Assembly (NCBI GenBank): GCA_022813865.1
Contig: JALDZX010000007.1
Coordinates: 124,001-188,000, forward strand
Origin: Xylographa opegraphella
Taxonomy: Eukaryota
Direction of reading: 5' to 3'
Length of the DNA stretch: 64,000 nt
Each line of letters starts with the position of its first letter. Positions within the stretch are counted from its first letter, which is position 1. Shown here one piece after another: positions 1 to 12,500 of this stretch. A model generated the notes under the pieces. The model was given only the letters and a program-made list of their open reading frames with translations, had not been told where the DNA came from and ran no database searches. Both the position numbers and the translations under genes were made by a program.

Positions 1-1
1 A

Positions 2-1234
2 ACGTTAATGTTTCTCGACCCGAATGGAAGGCATACGCAGGACTCTAAAGACCTCATACATGGGACATTGTACTCGGCGACAAGTGAGCCCCAGAGATTG
101 CCTCTTGGAGTGCCAATGAACATTGGCCCATCAGGGACGAAAGTATTAGGATTGATGGAATGGAGGCCATCCGTGCTAGGCAAGGAATTTCCGCTACTCG
201 TCGTGAATACCCTACGCACTCGAAAGGGAGGTAGAGCAAATAGTGGAAGCATACAGATTTATCATATCACAAAGAATGCTCCCACTACTGTGGTGATCGA
301 GCTCAAACACAATATCTCCGTCGCTAAACCAGTCTATTCACTTGCCAGTTATGGTGCAAGTTCTCTTGTTTTCTGTTCCGGTACAACATTGTCTCTACGA
401 ACAATGGCAGATGTGGACGGTGTGCCCAAATGGGTTGTAATGCCTGGCTACGAGCTCAACACAATGGCGCTTCACATATCGATCAGAGAGCCATATATAT
501 ACCTGAGCACCGCTAGCAACTCTGTGATGGTATTTAAGGTTGAAGATACATTGCTCGTGCCTCAGACTAGCGACACATCAGGTCGATCCGGGCTTCATCA
601 CCTGCTGATTCCAAACCGTTCATTAATCCTCTCTGCAAATACGGAAAAAACTTTGGCCGGATTGTGGCAGTCACCAGAACCGCCTCTTGATAGATCCTCT
701 CGCACAGTGTTTGAAGCCATCCTCCCTGTATCGATCCGAAAGCTCTGTGAAGGCTCTATCAAGCCGCCATGGCTTATTATCCCCGAGACGAGTCCTAGAG
801 TGATCCTTGGAAGCAGTATAGATGGGTCGTTCCGTCAATTCGAACTGATCAATGAGGACACATGGCGTCTGCTACGCTTCATACAAAATATGGCCGAGAG
901 AAATGCAACGCTCTGTCCCTATACCTATGCCGAGTCACTAATGACGCACATCGAGCCGAGACTCCGAGAGAAATGTATGGAAATTAAGGGCGATCTATTG
1001 TGCCGTTTGCTAGACCGTGGTTCACCGGACACTGCCGCGTTACTGCATGCCATGTTGGAGAAGGAGCCAGATTTGGACCGACGAGCGTATGATTTTGACA
1101 CCTGGCAAGCTCGGCAACAAAGGTTCTTTGAGATTGTCGATATCGCGCTCGAACCCACAACTCTGCAGAAGCAGGACCGCGTCAAAGTTGTGGTCGACTT
1201 TCTGAGAAGAAAGATTCTTCCACCTGTAATATAG
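2..1234 (+). CDS. 3' part of an Mms1/DDB1/RSE1/CPSF-A family beta-propeller protein (fungal 'thermotolerance protein'), truncated at window edge
   Basis: Open frame from window start. The C-terminal ILGSSIDGSF...WRLLRFIQN...IKGDLLCRLL resembles the CPSF_A helical tail of fungal Mms1-like proteins. Confidence 0.65.
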   Translation, partial: TLMFLDPNGRHTQDSKDLIHGTLYSATSEPQRLPLGVPMNIGPSGTKVLGLMEWRPSVLGKEFPLLVVNTLRTRKGGRANSGSIQIYHITKNAPTTVVIELKHNISVAKPVYSLASYGASSLVFCSGTTLSLRTMADVDGVPKWVVMPGYELNTMALHISIREPYIYLSTASNSVMVFKVEDTLLVPQTSDTSGRSGLHHLLIPNRSLILSANTEKTLAGLWQSPEPPLDRSSRTVFEAILPVSIRKLCEGSIKPPWLIIPETSPRVILGSSIDGSFRQFELINEDTWRLLRFIQNMAERNATLCPYTYAESLMTHIEPRLREKCMEIKGDLLCRLLDRGSPDTAALLHAMLEKEPDLDRRAYDFDTWQARQQRFFEIVDIALEPTTLQKQDRVKVVVDFLRRKILPPVI

Positions 1235-1891
1235 TATGAAGGTACTCGGGATTTCTGCTGTTGCGGACGTGGCGAAGCAAACCATAAGGCATCGGCATAC
1301 AAGCGGACCCTGGAGAATGATTTTGCCTGATTACCTTCGGTGATCTATCTCGGATTATGCATCGCCTATCATATGGGCTAGGATATTGACATTCTTGTAC
1401 TAAATTTGCTAGTGTAAGCGATGTGGCACATCGTCTCCTGTCTTCCTCGGACAATGGAGATCTCTGTTAAAAAATATCAAGCCTGTAGATGTGATATAAT
1501 CACACATCGTGATATATGCTGGAACATCCCATTTAATAATGCTACGTACTAAAAGTAAGCCGGGTCAGGACTCCGGCCTTCAGACTAGGGCTTCTCTCGG
1601 CTATCGTAATCTAGCCGCCACCCCGCTAACTTTACTACGTAGTTTCCATGTTAGGGAACCGTCAAATAAACCGTCCAAGACGCCACACAAAGGTTCTCCT
1701 AGCTCCCAGTACGATACACCATCTACGTTCGGTCAACTGTCTCGTAGAACTACAGAGACCTTGCGAGCTGAGTTAAACCGCGGCCGGCACAAACCTCTTA
1801 TCTGCTCCGCAGAGGAGACCATCGCTACTCGTGCAACCAGTCACACTCCCAAAGACGCCAATTTTAAGGTACAGCGAATCAAGTCGCTACC

Positions 1892-4800
1892 ATGCCGCCT
1901 AAGAAGAAAGGGAACAAAAAGGGCAACGACGATTGGGAGTCGGAACTTGGCGAAGTTCCAGACCCAATCGCGGCTGCTGCCCGAGAGGCCAAGGAGGAGG
2001 AAGCTCCCAAGGTTGTAGAGGAAGAGGATATTGGAGGAGGTGGTGGCCTCATGGCAGCCTTACGGAAGAATAAAAGCAAAAGGCAGAAAAAGGGTAAAGC
2101 CATGGAGGAAGACTACGTTGATGGCGAGGATCTTACAGCCACGAATGGGGTCAATGGGCACACGGAGACCAATGGTGAAGTTAACGGGACCGAAGATCTT
2201 GCCGCTAAAGCACCAGTGGAAGCGACTACTGATGATCTTTTTGCGGAGCCGGCTACGAAGGTGAAAGGTGGGAAGGGGAAACAAGGGAAGGCGGATGTTA
2301 AAGTTGCGGATGGGGAGGGTGATGGTTCGGATCTTGAAGGGGGCACAGTGAAGAGTAAGAAGGAGAAGGAAAAGGAGAAGAAAGAGCGGGAGAAGCAGCG
2401 GAAAAAAGAAAATGTATGACCACTGAGCAACTGGCGCTATGTTTCGGTGTGGCTAATGAGTTGCCTTCTACGACTACAGGCCGCTAAGAAGAAGACGGCA
2501 GCTCCTCCAGCTACGCCGAATGCTGAATCTCGTACGCAAGCTATAGATGCAGAAGCAGTACCCAAGGCAATTCCTCCTACCGACGTCCCTGCCGTGGCCG
2601 CGGCCAGCAAAGCTGATGCCGGGAAAGGCAAGAAGAAGCTGCCTCCTCATCTAGCGGCCCTACAGCAGCAGATGGAGGAGAGGAAAAAGCGAGAAGAAGA
2701 GCAAGCGCGGCTAGCAGCCGAAGAGGAAGCCCGGATAAAGGAAGAGGAGCGTCTGGAGGCGGAACGTGCCCAAAAGGAAGCGGAAGCGAAGGCGCGACGG
2801 AAAGAGAAGGAAAAGGAGAAGAAGGAACAGCTTAAGAAAGAAGGACTTCTACTCACAAAAGCACAGAAGGAGGCAAAAGCTCGGAACGAGCTACGAAAGC
2901 AGCAGATGCTTGCTTCCGGTTTGAAGGTTGCCGGTCTTGAAGAGCCCGCGGAGGAGAAGAAGAAACCGGTTTACGACAACAGGAAGAAGAAAGGAGTTAA
3001 AAAGGCTAGCGATGACGCCGTGCTGGTCGAAGCCCAACAAGCCGCCGAAGCAGAGGCACAAAAACTTGCGGAACAAAATGAAAGATTACGTATTGAGGAA
3101 GAGGAAAGGGCCAAGGCTGAGGCAGAAGCTGAAGCAGCCAAGGAAGACGGCTCCGATCTTGATGACTGGGAGGCAGCTGCTGATGCCGATGACAATGTTA
3201 AGGAGAGCTGGGATGCCGATTCTGATGAAGAGGTCAGCAAGCCTCTCAAGAAGGCTGTAAACGGTCAGCCGGTAAATGGTCAGTCAGCGCAAACATTTCC
3301 AGATGCGCCTCTGAACTTACAACTAAATTTAATGCTAAACTTCACAGGCACGAAATCAACCACCACGACGCCAATATTGTCAGAAACCAAACTCCCTTCG
3401 CGGCCCGCTACAAATGCACAGAAAACGGTCCAACCATCGGAATCTGGATCGGAATCGGACTCAGACTCGGATGATTCTTCTCCGGAAGAAAGTCAGACCG
3501 CAACACAACGAGCAATAGCACAAAAGAAAGCCGAAGCTGCAGCAAGAAGGCAGAAACAACACGAAGAAGCACTTGCAGCCAGATCGAAAGACAATCTGCG
3601 GTCACCTATCTGCTGCATCCTGGGTCACGTGGATACTGGCAAAACCAAGCTACTTGACAGAATTCGGCAGACCAATGTTCAAGAAGGCGAAGCTGGTGGT
3701 ATTACACAGCAAATAGGTGCAACATATTTTCCTGTTGATGCTCTGGAGGCCAAAACACAAGTCGTCAACAAGGATGGGGCTTTCAAATTCAATGTTCCTG
3801 GTCTATTAGTTATCGATACGCCAGGTCACGAATCTTTCTCGAATTTGAGGTCCAGGGGATCATCATTATGTAATATTGCTATATTGGTTGTCGACATTAT
3901 GCACGGCTTAGAACCCCAAACATTAGAGTCAATGAAACTCTTGCGCGATAAGAAAACACCATTCATCGTGGCGTTAAACAAGATCGACCGTCTGTATGGC
4001 TGGAAGAAGATCGATAACAATGGTTTCCAGGACAGTCTGGCATTGCAGAACAAGGCCGTCCAAAACGAGTTCCGGGACCGTCTGGAGAGAACCAAGGTCG
4101 CCTTTGCGGAACAGGGGTTCAATTCCGAGCTCTACTACGAGAACAAGTCAATGGCCAAGAACGTATCCTTGGTGCCTACTTCTGCGCATACTGGTGAAGG
4201 TATTCCAGATATGCTGAAACTGCTTGTTACTCTCACACAAGAAAGAATGACCAGCAAGTTAATGTATCTATCGGAGGTCGAATGTACAGTACTGGAAGTG
4301 AAGGTAATCGAAGGTCTCGGGACCACAATCGATGTGGTGCTTTCGAATGGTATACTGCGCGAAGGTGATCGGATAGTCCTCTGCGGCATCAATAAGCACA
4401 TTGCCACTAATATCCGAGCTCTTTTGACGCCTGCTCCGCTCAAGGAACTGCGCATTAAATCGCAATACGTCCACAATCAAGAAGTCAAAGCCTCCTTGGG
4501 TGTCAAGATCGCGGCGAACGATCTCGAGGGCGCCGTTGCGGGTTCAAGACTACTGGTCGTGGGTCCGGAAGACGACGAAGATGACCTCGGAGAGGAGGTC
4601 ATGGACGACATGCAATACCTCCTCAACAAAGTCTCCAAAGACCAACGCGGCGTCAGCGTCGCTGCCTCCACCCTCGGTTCCCTCGAGGCCCTGCTCGAAT
4701 TCCTGAAAGTCTCCAAAATCCCCGTCGCCAACATCTCCATCGGCCCCGTCTTCAAGCGCGACGTCATGAACGCGGGCATCATGCTCGAGAAGTCCAAAGA

Positions 4801-5447
4801 ATACGCTGTGATGCTCTGCTTCGACGTCAAGATCGACAAGGACGCCCAGGCGTACGCGGACGAGGTCGGCGTCAAGATCTTCACCGCCGACATCATCTAC
4901 CACCTCTTCGACGACTTCACCAAGCACATGGCCCAGCTCGCCGAGAAGAAGAAGGAGGACAACAAACTCCTCGCCGTCTTCCCCTGCGTCCTGCACCCCG
5001 TCTCCATCTTCAACAAGACAAACCCCATCGTCGTCGGCGTCGACGTCGTCGACGGAAACCTGCGCCTCCTCACCCCCATCGCCGCCGTCAAGACCAACCC
5101 CGTCACGGGCGTGAAAGAAGTCATCAACCTCGGCAGAGTGTACGTTCCCCCTCAACCCCCCCCAAAACCATAAACCCCCACTAATTCCAATCCCCCCGTG
5201 CAGATCCTCCATCGAGCGCGACCACAAACCCATGCAGATCTGCAAGAAGGGCCAGCCCTCCGTGGCCGTCAAGATCGAGGCCGGCAACCAGCCGACGTAC
5301 GGCCGCCAGCTCGAGGAGAAGGACACGCTGTACTCGCTCGTGTCGCGGCAGAGCATCGACACGCTGAAGGAGTACTACCGCGCCGACGTCAGCCTGGACG
5401 AGTGGGCGCTCATCAAGAAGCTGAAGACGCTGTTCGATATCCCGTGA
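1892..5447 (+). CDS. FUN12: Translation initiation factor eIF5B; introns 2414-2479, probably 3279-3347, and 5140-5203
   Basis: Lys/Glu-rich N-terminus; G-domain [29 protein letters not shown]. Splicing restores [12 protein letters not shown] and the C-terminus LKTLFDIP. Confidence 0.97.
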
Positions 5448-5900
5448 GCGGGTGGGATGCAAGCGTGGAGAGTATGTCGGAGAGATCGTGTTGTATGATA
5501 ACAATGTTACATAGCTAGTTGTAGGTGTTTTTTTGGGTGGGAGGGAGGGGGGGTGGGAGATCTGTGTGCACGGCATTGAAAAAAATTCGCGCTATCATCA
5601 TACTGTTTGAGAGAAAACAAAACTCGGAACCCGCGTCCGGACATGAATATATGCGTGTTTCATATTTCGTGCTCTTTGAAGTCAGTCGAGCGAAATTCGT
5701 ACGTATCAATTGAGCTATATACATGTAGTCGCTCCGACATCGGTCTATCATAGTATATCACGGGAAAAAAATAACACCCACTCCTCGGCCCATGACTTAT
5801 TCCCAACACCAGCGCTATGCTTTTACAAAAAAACCCCCTTCCTGATTCCCAGCTCACCCATGACTCCCAACCCGACCCCGCATTCCAGCCTTCCCGCCAC

Positions 5901-8900
5901 TCATTCCCTCAACGCAATCCGCTGCCTCGACCGCGGCATATCCACCACCGCCTGCACCGCCTTGGGCGCCTCGGCATGCAGCTTCTGCAGCGGACTATTC
6001 TGCCCCGCAAACGCATATTTATTGCGCATATCCATATACGCTTTCGCCAGCTGGGACAACGTGCGGTAATTCGGATAGCCGTGCGAGGGCTTGAGATGGT
6101 TGCGCAGACGGGCCGGCATTCGCTCTCTGGAGGCGGACTGACGGATGCCGCGCGACGAGAGCCAGCCCTCCCAGTTACCCATGAGCTCCTTCTCGGCAGC
6201 GTTGAAGGCGAGCAGCGCATACCCGCCCATGGCGAGCGCCTGCACGTACAGGTTCCACGCTTTGTTCGTCAGAGCGTAGCCGGCGGTTTGCAGCTCGGCG
6301 ACCACGTCGGTGATGTCTTCCGTGCGGTCTTGGTATAGAAGGGATTTCATATAATGCATAAGTGGCAGACTGAGGAGGAGGCGGCGGGCGGGGAGAACCC
6401 AACCGGGCTCTGCAAGGGAGGCGCCAGCGCGGCGAGCGAGGGGCTCGGCGCTCTGAAGAGCGAGGTACCAACATCTTTCGACCTCGTCGTGCTGGTTGAG
6501 CTTCCGGTGCGAGACCATGAGGGCAGTAAGCATTTTGATGGGAAGGTCGACGGGGGCGTCCGGGCGGAGGCGCTTGCTGGTTTCGAGATACTGCGCGTAT
6601 AGGGCAGGGATTTTGTCAAGAGAACCGCTTTGCGCATTTAGGTAGATGAGATACTCAAATAGTGAGGAGGTAAGTGCTTGGTCGAGGCGCTGATTGCCGA
6701 TACCTTTGACAGGTTCAGGGAGCGCGACGTCGGAGACATCGGCGCTTTCTATAGCTTGAGCGAGCAGTTCCTCCGCGCGTTGGTAGTGAGTTGGTACTGT
6801 GTTTCCCAGACCTTGCGATTTGTGATCTTCGATGTCTAGGTGAGTGGCCGCTTTGATAAGGAGATTCTGAGTGCTGAGATTGGGTTTCACGTTGTTCAAG
6901 AGCATTTTTTGATAGGTTAGGAAAACCCTTTTATGTCTTCCGACGTTGAGGAGGCCGCCCATCACCACAGCGTAATGAAAAGCTGTAGACCGAATCCCTT
7001 TCTGTGGCATAATACGATACAGGATTCTCTCTGCGGACTGTGGCAATCCTTGGACACACAAGCCTTGCATCAATGATGCATAAGTCATTGCGTCGGAGGG
7101 TATGTCGGCTTCCTCCATGCATTGATGTAGATAGTTGAGCTTGCTCAGATCTCGCTGTAGCGCAGCACCATTAAGGATGTAATTCCACATGTGCGTCCGA
7201 CTTCCAACCAGATCCATTTTGAGGGCATCGCCCACAATCTTCTCTGCCTCCACTAGATCACCATTCCTAATATTCGCTAGCACGAGACCATCAATCATGG
7301 ACGTGGAGAGCTGAAGCCCCCGTTGTTCGCAGTCCTGGATCAAGGTTTCGACGGCATCCACATCGCCTCCCGAGGCGTGCATGCTTATTAAAGTCGAAAT
7401 TGTATTAGCGTCGGGCTTCACCTCGCTATCAAGCAACTTTTTGTACCATTTCAAAGCGCCATCAACATCTGAGATACGTGCATGAGCTGCTATAACAGTA
7501 TTCCAGCAATCGACATTCGGTACAAATCCAAAAACCGTTTGCAGAGACTCAAAATTTCGAATTACTTCCTTGACTTCCAGACGACGAGAGTGTACATGTA
7601 GGAGCTGTTGATACATACTCGAATCGGTCGGATTCCCAAAGTTCTCCCGATACTCTTGAAACAACCCGTGAAAAGCAGTCGCGTCGCCCTGGTGAGACAT
7701 CTGGCGTATTGCAAGCGCGAAGAGCTCGGGTGTTGGGAGGCCATGGTGTTTCCGATAATCCTCAAATACAATTCGAAGGTGGGGGTCATCATGTACAGAC
7801 GATAGGTGGCTGATGAGACGTTGCATTAACATCTTCGGTTGCACAATATCTGTACGCCCACGAACATCTTCGTAAATCATAACAGCTTGAACGTTGTAGG
7901 CGTGTGTCTTGGAAGAAAGCAACCGATCGATAGCAAGAGTAGAAAGCTCAGGCAAGAGTCTTAAAAGTGGAAGCAGAACTTCGAACGTGGCTGTATGTCC
8001 CTTACCACGTTCTGTTGGTCCTGACATATCCAACGACCACAACATAAGCTTTATAGCAAAGTTACGAGTACTGTAATCAATATCCGAGCCTTTCGATGGT
8101 GTGCCACGGAGAGCTTCTTTCCCGATTCTTATAACTTTGCTCACTAGTATCTTAGGTTCCATGCTGTTAAGATCTTCGAAGATGTTGAAGTCGGCGAACG
8201 GATGATGCTTTCCCCAAGAAGCAAATAATCTTGCTCCTGCTTCAGTATTTCCATGCTTCACAATATAGCGCATGAGCCTCTTCGTATTGCGGACAGTCGC
8301 CAAGCCTCGCTTTTGCGCCTCAAATTGAATGTTCATTGCCCGATCGATGTCACGAAGAATGAGACTGGCTCTTGACGCCCACTCGTAGTGTTCTGCACTT
8401 CGAGCGTCGACTGGTACTTTCGCGAAGGCACCAAGAATTTGCCGCGATGTCTGAGCACGCACTTTGTAAGTCAGCTCCGCAATGTGCTTAAGCACAGCGA
8501 TCGATGTCTCTTCGGACATCTCGGCCGATGTCTCCAATTTATGGTATTTTTGCCATGCCTGATCATATTGTGCTACTAAGAGATTGTAGTCTATCCCTGT
8601 GTACAGAGAACTTAGATCAATGCTGAAATCGTCTTTTGTGGTGCTCTGATCCTGCTGTAGGGTGGTAATGCCTTCTGAAGTTCGATTTTCGCGAATCGTG
8701 GATAATAGACTCATGGCATGATCCATATCACTATCGATCGCCACTCGATCTTCCACCGCGTCTGAAGTGAAACATCTTATAGCGGCCTGTCTTGATGATC
8801 GATAAGCCCGATGGCTCATCTGTTTAACATCACGAATGGCCAGTTTGTGAATGAGGCTCAAAGTCTTAGCTGGATAAAGGAAGTCCAGAAAGCCGCCATC

Positions 8901-9137
8901 GAGCAATCCAGCTGACAAGCATTTCCTGGCTGTATCTGCAATACTCTGGGAGCGTGTAGCCTTCTCTGGCGGAGGCTGTTGCAGCAAGGAAATCCACCAG
9001 GAGGGCAAATCGATGTCACCAGCACCATGACACCAGAAGGCGGAGTGGAGAGAGCGGCGGGCACGAAACGACTTCGAAGTCAGCCGCAGCAAGCGTCGTC
9101 CTCCATTTTCGAGGCATCCTGTAGCACGCTCTAGCAT
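5901..9137 (-). CDS. cya5: Mitochondrial PPR protein, CYA5/PET309-like COX1 translation factor (single exon, 1078 aa)
   Basis: N-terminal MLERATGCLE...LHSAFWCHGAGDIDLPSWW...LDFLYP typical of fungal CYA-5; PPR repeats (CWNTVIAAHAR, TYASLMQGLC, HYAVVMGG). Confidence 0.85.
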   Translation of the reverse strand: MLERATGCLENGGRRLLRLTSKSFRARRSLHSAFWCHGAGDIDLPSWWISLLQQPPPEKATRSQSIADTARKCLSAGLLDGGFLDFLYPAKTLSLIHKLAIRDVKQMSHRAYRSSRQAAIRCFTSDAVEDRVAIDSDMDHAMSLLSTIRENRTSEGITTLQQDQSTTKDDFSIDLSSLYTGIDYNLLVAQYDQAWQKYHKLETSAEMSEETSIAVLKHIAELTYKVRAQTSRQILGAFAKVPVDARSAEHYEWASRASLILRDIDRAMNIQFEAQKRGLATVRNTKRLMRYIVKHGNTEAGARLFASWGKHHPFADFNIFEDLNSMEPKILVSKVIRIGKEALRGTPSKGSDIDYSTRNFAIKLMLWSLDMSGPTERGKGHTATFEVLLPLLRLLPELSTLAIDRLLSSKTHAYNVQAVMIYEDVRGRTDIVQPKMLMQRLISHLSSVHDDPHLRIVFEDYRKHHGLPTPELFALAIRQMSHQGDATAFHGLFQEYRENFGNPTDSSMYQQLLHVHSRRLEVKEVIRNFESLQTVFGFVPNVDCWNTVIAAHARISDVDGALKWYKKLLDSEVKPDANTISTLISMHASGGDVDAVETLIQDCEQRGLQLSTSMIDGLVLANIRNGDLVEAEKIVGDALKMDLVGSRTHMWNYILNGAALQRDLSKLNYLHQCMEEADIPSDAMTYASLMQGLCVQGLPQSAERILYRIMPQKGIRSTAFHYAVVMGGLLNVGRHKRVFLTYQKMLLNNVKPNLSTQNLLIKAATHLDIEDHKSQGLGNTVPTHYQRAEELLAQAIESADVSDVALPEPVKGIGNQRLDQALTSSLFEYLIYLNAQSGSLDKIPALYAQYLETSKRLRPDAPVDLPIKMLTALMVSHRKLNQHDEVERCWYLALQSAEPLARRAGASLAEPGWVLPARRLLLSLPLMHYMKSLLYQDRTEDITDVVAELQTAGYALTNKAWNLYVQALAMGGYALLAFNAAEKELMGNWEGWLSSRGIRQSASRERMPARLRNHLKPSHGYPNYRTLSQLAKAYMDMRNKYAFAGQNSPLQKLHAEAPKAVQAVVDMPRSRQRIALRE

Positions 9138-9522
9138 GCCCAGGCACGCAGTTTCCTCCTATCTTAGCTGGGAATATAGGTATATTCTCGTCATAAGAAC
9201 TTTCGTGGAGTAGACCCGATGTTAGAGGGCAGAAGCTGTGGAGGATTGATGACAACCGAAGAGACGAGGAAAGTAAAAGCGGTGTTTCAGGACGATAGAT
9301 GGAAGAGAGGGGCGAGCCTGAAGGGCCGAGTCTATGCTGTGGCAAGGGTTATTGCTTTATGTTTCCTTCCATAGCATCATCAACGAAAGACTTTCGGCTC
9401 GCGGCTGGACCCCTACCGAAAACTACTGTAGCCAATCGGGGCATTGTTTTTCCATCTCTGAGTACCCCCCACATTGCTCCCCCTGGCACCAATCCCTCAA
9501 CAGTGCTCGAAAGGAACACCCG

Positions 9523-11506
9523 ATGGACATCACAAAATTCATCGTGTCGCGACGAAATGAGGCTCTCCTCGTAGGGGACTATGGTTCATACCGGAAGCAG
9601 CTTTCGCGGCGACTGCTTACCGTCAATAAGAGACTGGGACGAGCATCTCCGAAGGGCAGGAAATACAGTCCTAAGGCTCCGATCAGCACCCAAGATGTCG
9701 CAGGTAACCCAGAGTGTGCCGACCTATCAGCTCTATCAGCTATGCGATGTGCTGACTGAATTCGGGTAGGTTCATTGCCCTTCTCTTGCTCACAGCAGAG
9801 CGTGCTTGGGCTCATGCCCTACATATGAAATCCATGCACTCGGCAGACTCTTCAGCTAAAGACATCACGGGCTCAACAAGGACACATATCATAAGTCGGT
9901 TGCTCAAAGCGCAACAGACGGCGGCTCATTTGGTTGAGGTGCTCCATACGAGTAAGAATCAGCAGAACGATTTGCAAATCCTCTTCGAAGCTCGCGCATA
10001 CTGCTGCATGTTGCTTGGAAGTTCGTGTTTTGAATCGCAAAAGTGGGAGAATTGTCTGAAGGCATACTCAGAAGCTCATCTGATATATAAATGGCTTGCA
10101 CGATCACAAGGTGCAAACCAAGGAGATCCATTCTCTGATCTCTTAAGCGGCACAGTTGACCCAAGTATTCGATACGCTGCATATCAACTACGACTCTCGC
10201 GAACTCTTTCGATTACTACAATAGTTGTTCAATACCTTCCGAGTGATAGTAACTATGCTCAGGAAATTCTGAAGCAGGATCCGGAGTTGCTGAAAGACGG
10301 CCCCTCAACTACCAAAAAAAGCTCTGATGGGATCACCAAAGACTTACCAAAAACCATTTCATGGAGATCAAGGACTGTAAATATAGAGGACGCGAATACA
10401 GCCCAGGCACTTGCAGCAGCTTCTGTTGCGGAGCAAAAACTGACTTCATTAGTGTCGGCGAGTGCAGAACAACCTGTTAAAGAACGAGCTGGAGCATATG
10501 ACGAGGTTCTCTTGCCTAGTCAAGATGCAGTGAACGCCACAAAAACTGCAATCGATGAGCTCACGGCCGATGGGATTGCGCAAGGAGATCAGCGTATGCA
10601 AGGACTTCAAATCACAAGGACTGCTGTCAATTATGCTTTGGTGGGTTGGAGAATTGGACGAAATCGGGTGCTGTGCGGTAGAGGGGATGGAGCTTACTTA
10701 GACCCAGAATTGATTAAGAAGCCAAAGAAGCCAAGGGAGGATGGCGAACCAGTAGCCATTCCAATTGAAAGTAAGGGTAAAATGGTTGCGCGACTACGTG
10801 AACGGGTTACCCTTTACGATACCATAATTCAGAGCTTGGACTCTGTCAAGGAGCTTCCAGGAGTTGCCGCAGACCAAGTATTTCTTGAACAACTAGGCTC
10901 CAAGCGGTCGTACTTCGCTTCTCTAAGGTATGTCTGGCTTGATCAAAGCTATGTATGTTCTCCACTGAAGGATGTAGGTGTCTGGCTATCGCTCGATCAC
11001 ATAACATATCTGGAAACTCAAAGAACGCGCTCGCTCTCTACGCTCGCGCTTTAGATCTTTCGTCAAATGCAGCCTCCCAAGCTGACCCTGACACCACTAC
11101 CGAAAAGCCACTTAATATTGAAGTCACCGAAAATCACGCCAAGTCACTGCGCCACCTTCTCGAAGGGCTTGTGGCACAGCATCGCGCCCTTGTGGAAATC
11201 GAGAACTTAAGTGCCGATGCAGCCAAATTGGAGAAATTGAAGGCCTCGGGAGCTCTCCCAATGATCGAGCGGCTCGACGAATATCCTGTTAATGGGGCTG
11301 ACCTTTCTAATCTTGTCTCTTACCCCCCTCGACTGAGGCCAATGCCTATCAAGCCTATCTTCCTCGATGTAGCATGGACATATATCGATTATCCTGGTAG
11401 GGCGCAGAAGGGGCAAGAGGCTGCGAACGGGACACCCAAAGTTGCGGTTGAAAAAGTCGACGAGAGGAAAGAAGGACGGAAAGGATGGTTCGGTTTCGGG
11501 AGATAG
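9523..11506 (+). CDS. SRP68: Signal recognition particle subunit SRP68; introns 9714-9769, 10928-10977
   Basis: MDIT...GDYGSYRKQLSRRL, AERAWAHA, VDPSIRYAAYQ, KPIFLDVAW, C-terminal GWFGFGR; canonical splice sites join the frames. Confidence 0.95.
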
Positions 11507-11869
11507 ACCAGTACAGCAAGACACAATTAGTGATGTTGACGATTCTCTATGCGCTATTTACAAGCACATGTATTCACAACATACACTATATACGTCGAAT
11601 GACTTATTCTCACAAGGGTACGATATATTCAGGTATAGGTATAGATCAGCCCGGGACAAAGGTGAAAGTGAATCGCTAGCGACAATAGAAGTAATTGACG
11701 AATCTGCTGCGAGACCTGTGGAAAATCAAGATGACGGTGTGCACAACGTGGATTCGATACGAGCAATCGAGTAGCCTTCACCATATTATTACGCAGTAAC
11801 TAACTACAAGCTACCTAGGACATAAGATGCAGATGCTTCGTATCCAATAGCTCTCCCGAGGGAGTGAGC

Positions 11870-12500
11870 TCAAGGTGTCCCCATCACGATCGCCGGTCCC
11901 CAAGTCCCCTTGACTGGGTTCCCGCCGGAGTCGATCATATCAAACAAGTCCGAACTCGCCTCTGCCTGCCATGTCTCGCACTTCACGCACGTGCCGTAGA
12001 TGACTGCCTCCACGGATGTGAGGCTGCTCGCCGGAGCGAGTCCCGGCCCGGCATTGTTGACTGGTGCGTAGAAGATCGTGACCTTCTTGCCACAGTTTGC
12101 ATTACCGGCCATGTATGCAGCGGGGAGACGCACGCTGGGGCCGTCGGGCTTGGGGGCTTTGCTGTCACATGTAGCCGCGCCGGCTTCGCCGGAGAAGCCC
12201 ATCATGGTCCTGGTTGAATCAGAGTCAGCATATCTTCGTGCGTATTGGGGATTGGGTCAAATGAGATGCCTCGGGAGCACGTTTAGCTATCAAGAGTGTC
12301 TCAAGAAGCACTGATATAGCCTAGAAACATGTCTTGGACTGAGCAATACCCCTGGATAGGAAAAAGGAAAGCTAGAATTATACATACACGAAGCCCATGG
12401 AGCCGTACTCGTAGACGGTAGAATCGCGACTCAGAAGGGGAGCGGCGAAGGAGAGGGAGGCAGTGGCACCAAGGAAGAGAGCTGTTGTGGAGAAATACAT
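11870..12500 (-). CDS. Small secreted RlpA-like double-psi beta-barrel (expansin/loosenin/barwin-like) protein, about 150 aa; intron 12210-12387
   Basis: Signal peptide MYFSTTALFLGATASLSFA in exon 1 (not in ORF track). GTATGT...GCTGAC...CAG intron keeps frame. NCGKKVTI and CxxC...SSDLF match the DPBB pattern. Confidence 0.65.

Noticed and set aside
1509..1891. 169-aa ORF or possible ncRNA upstream of eIF5B
   Set aside because: Overlaps the promoter/leader in another frame; no tRNA or snoRNA structure recognised.
12210..12387. Possible nested intron (stwintron) in the unusually long intron
   Set aside because: No internal excision regenerates a convincing second donor; single splicing already keeps the frame.
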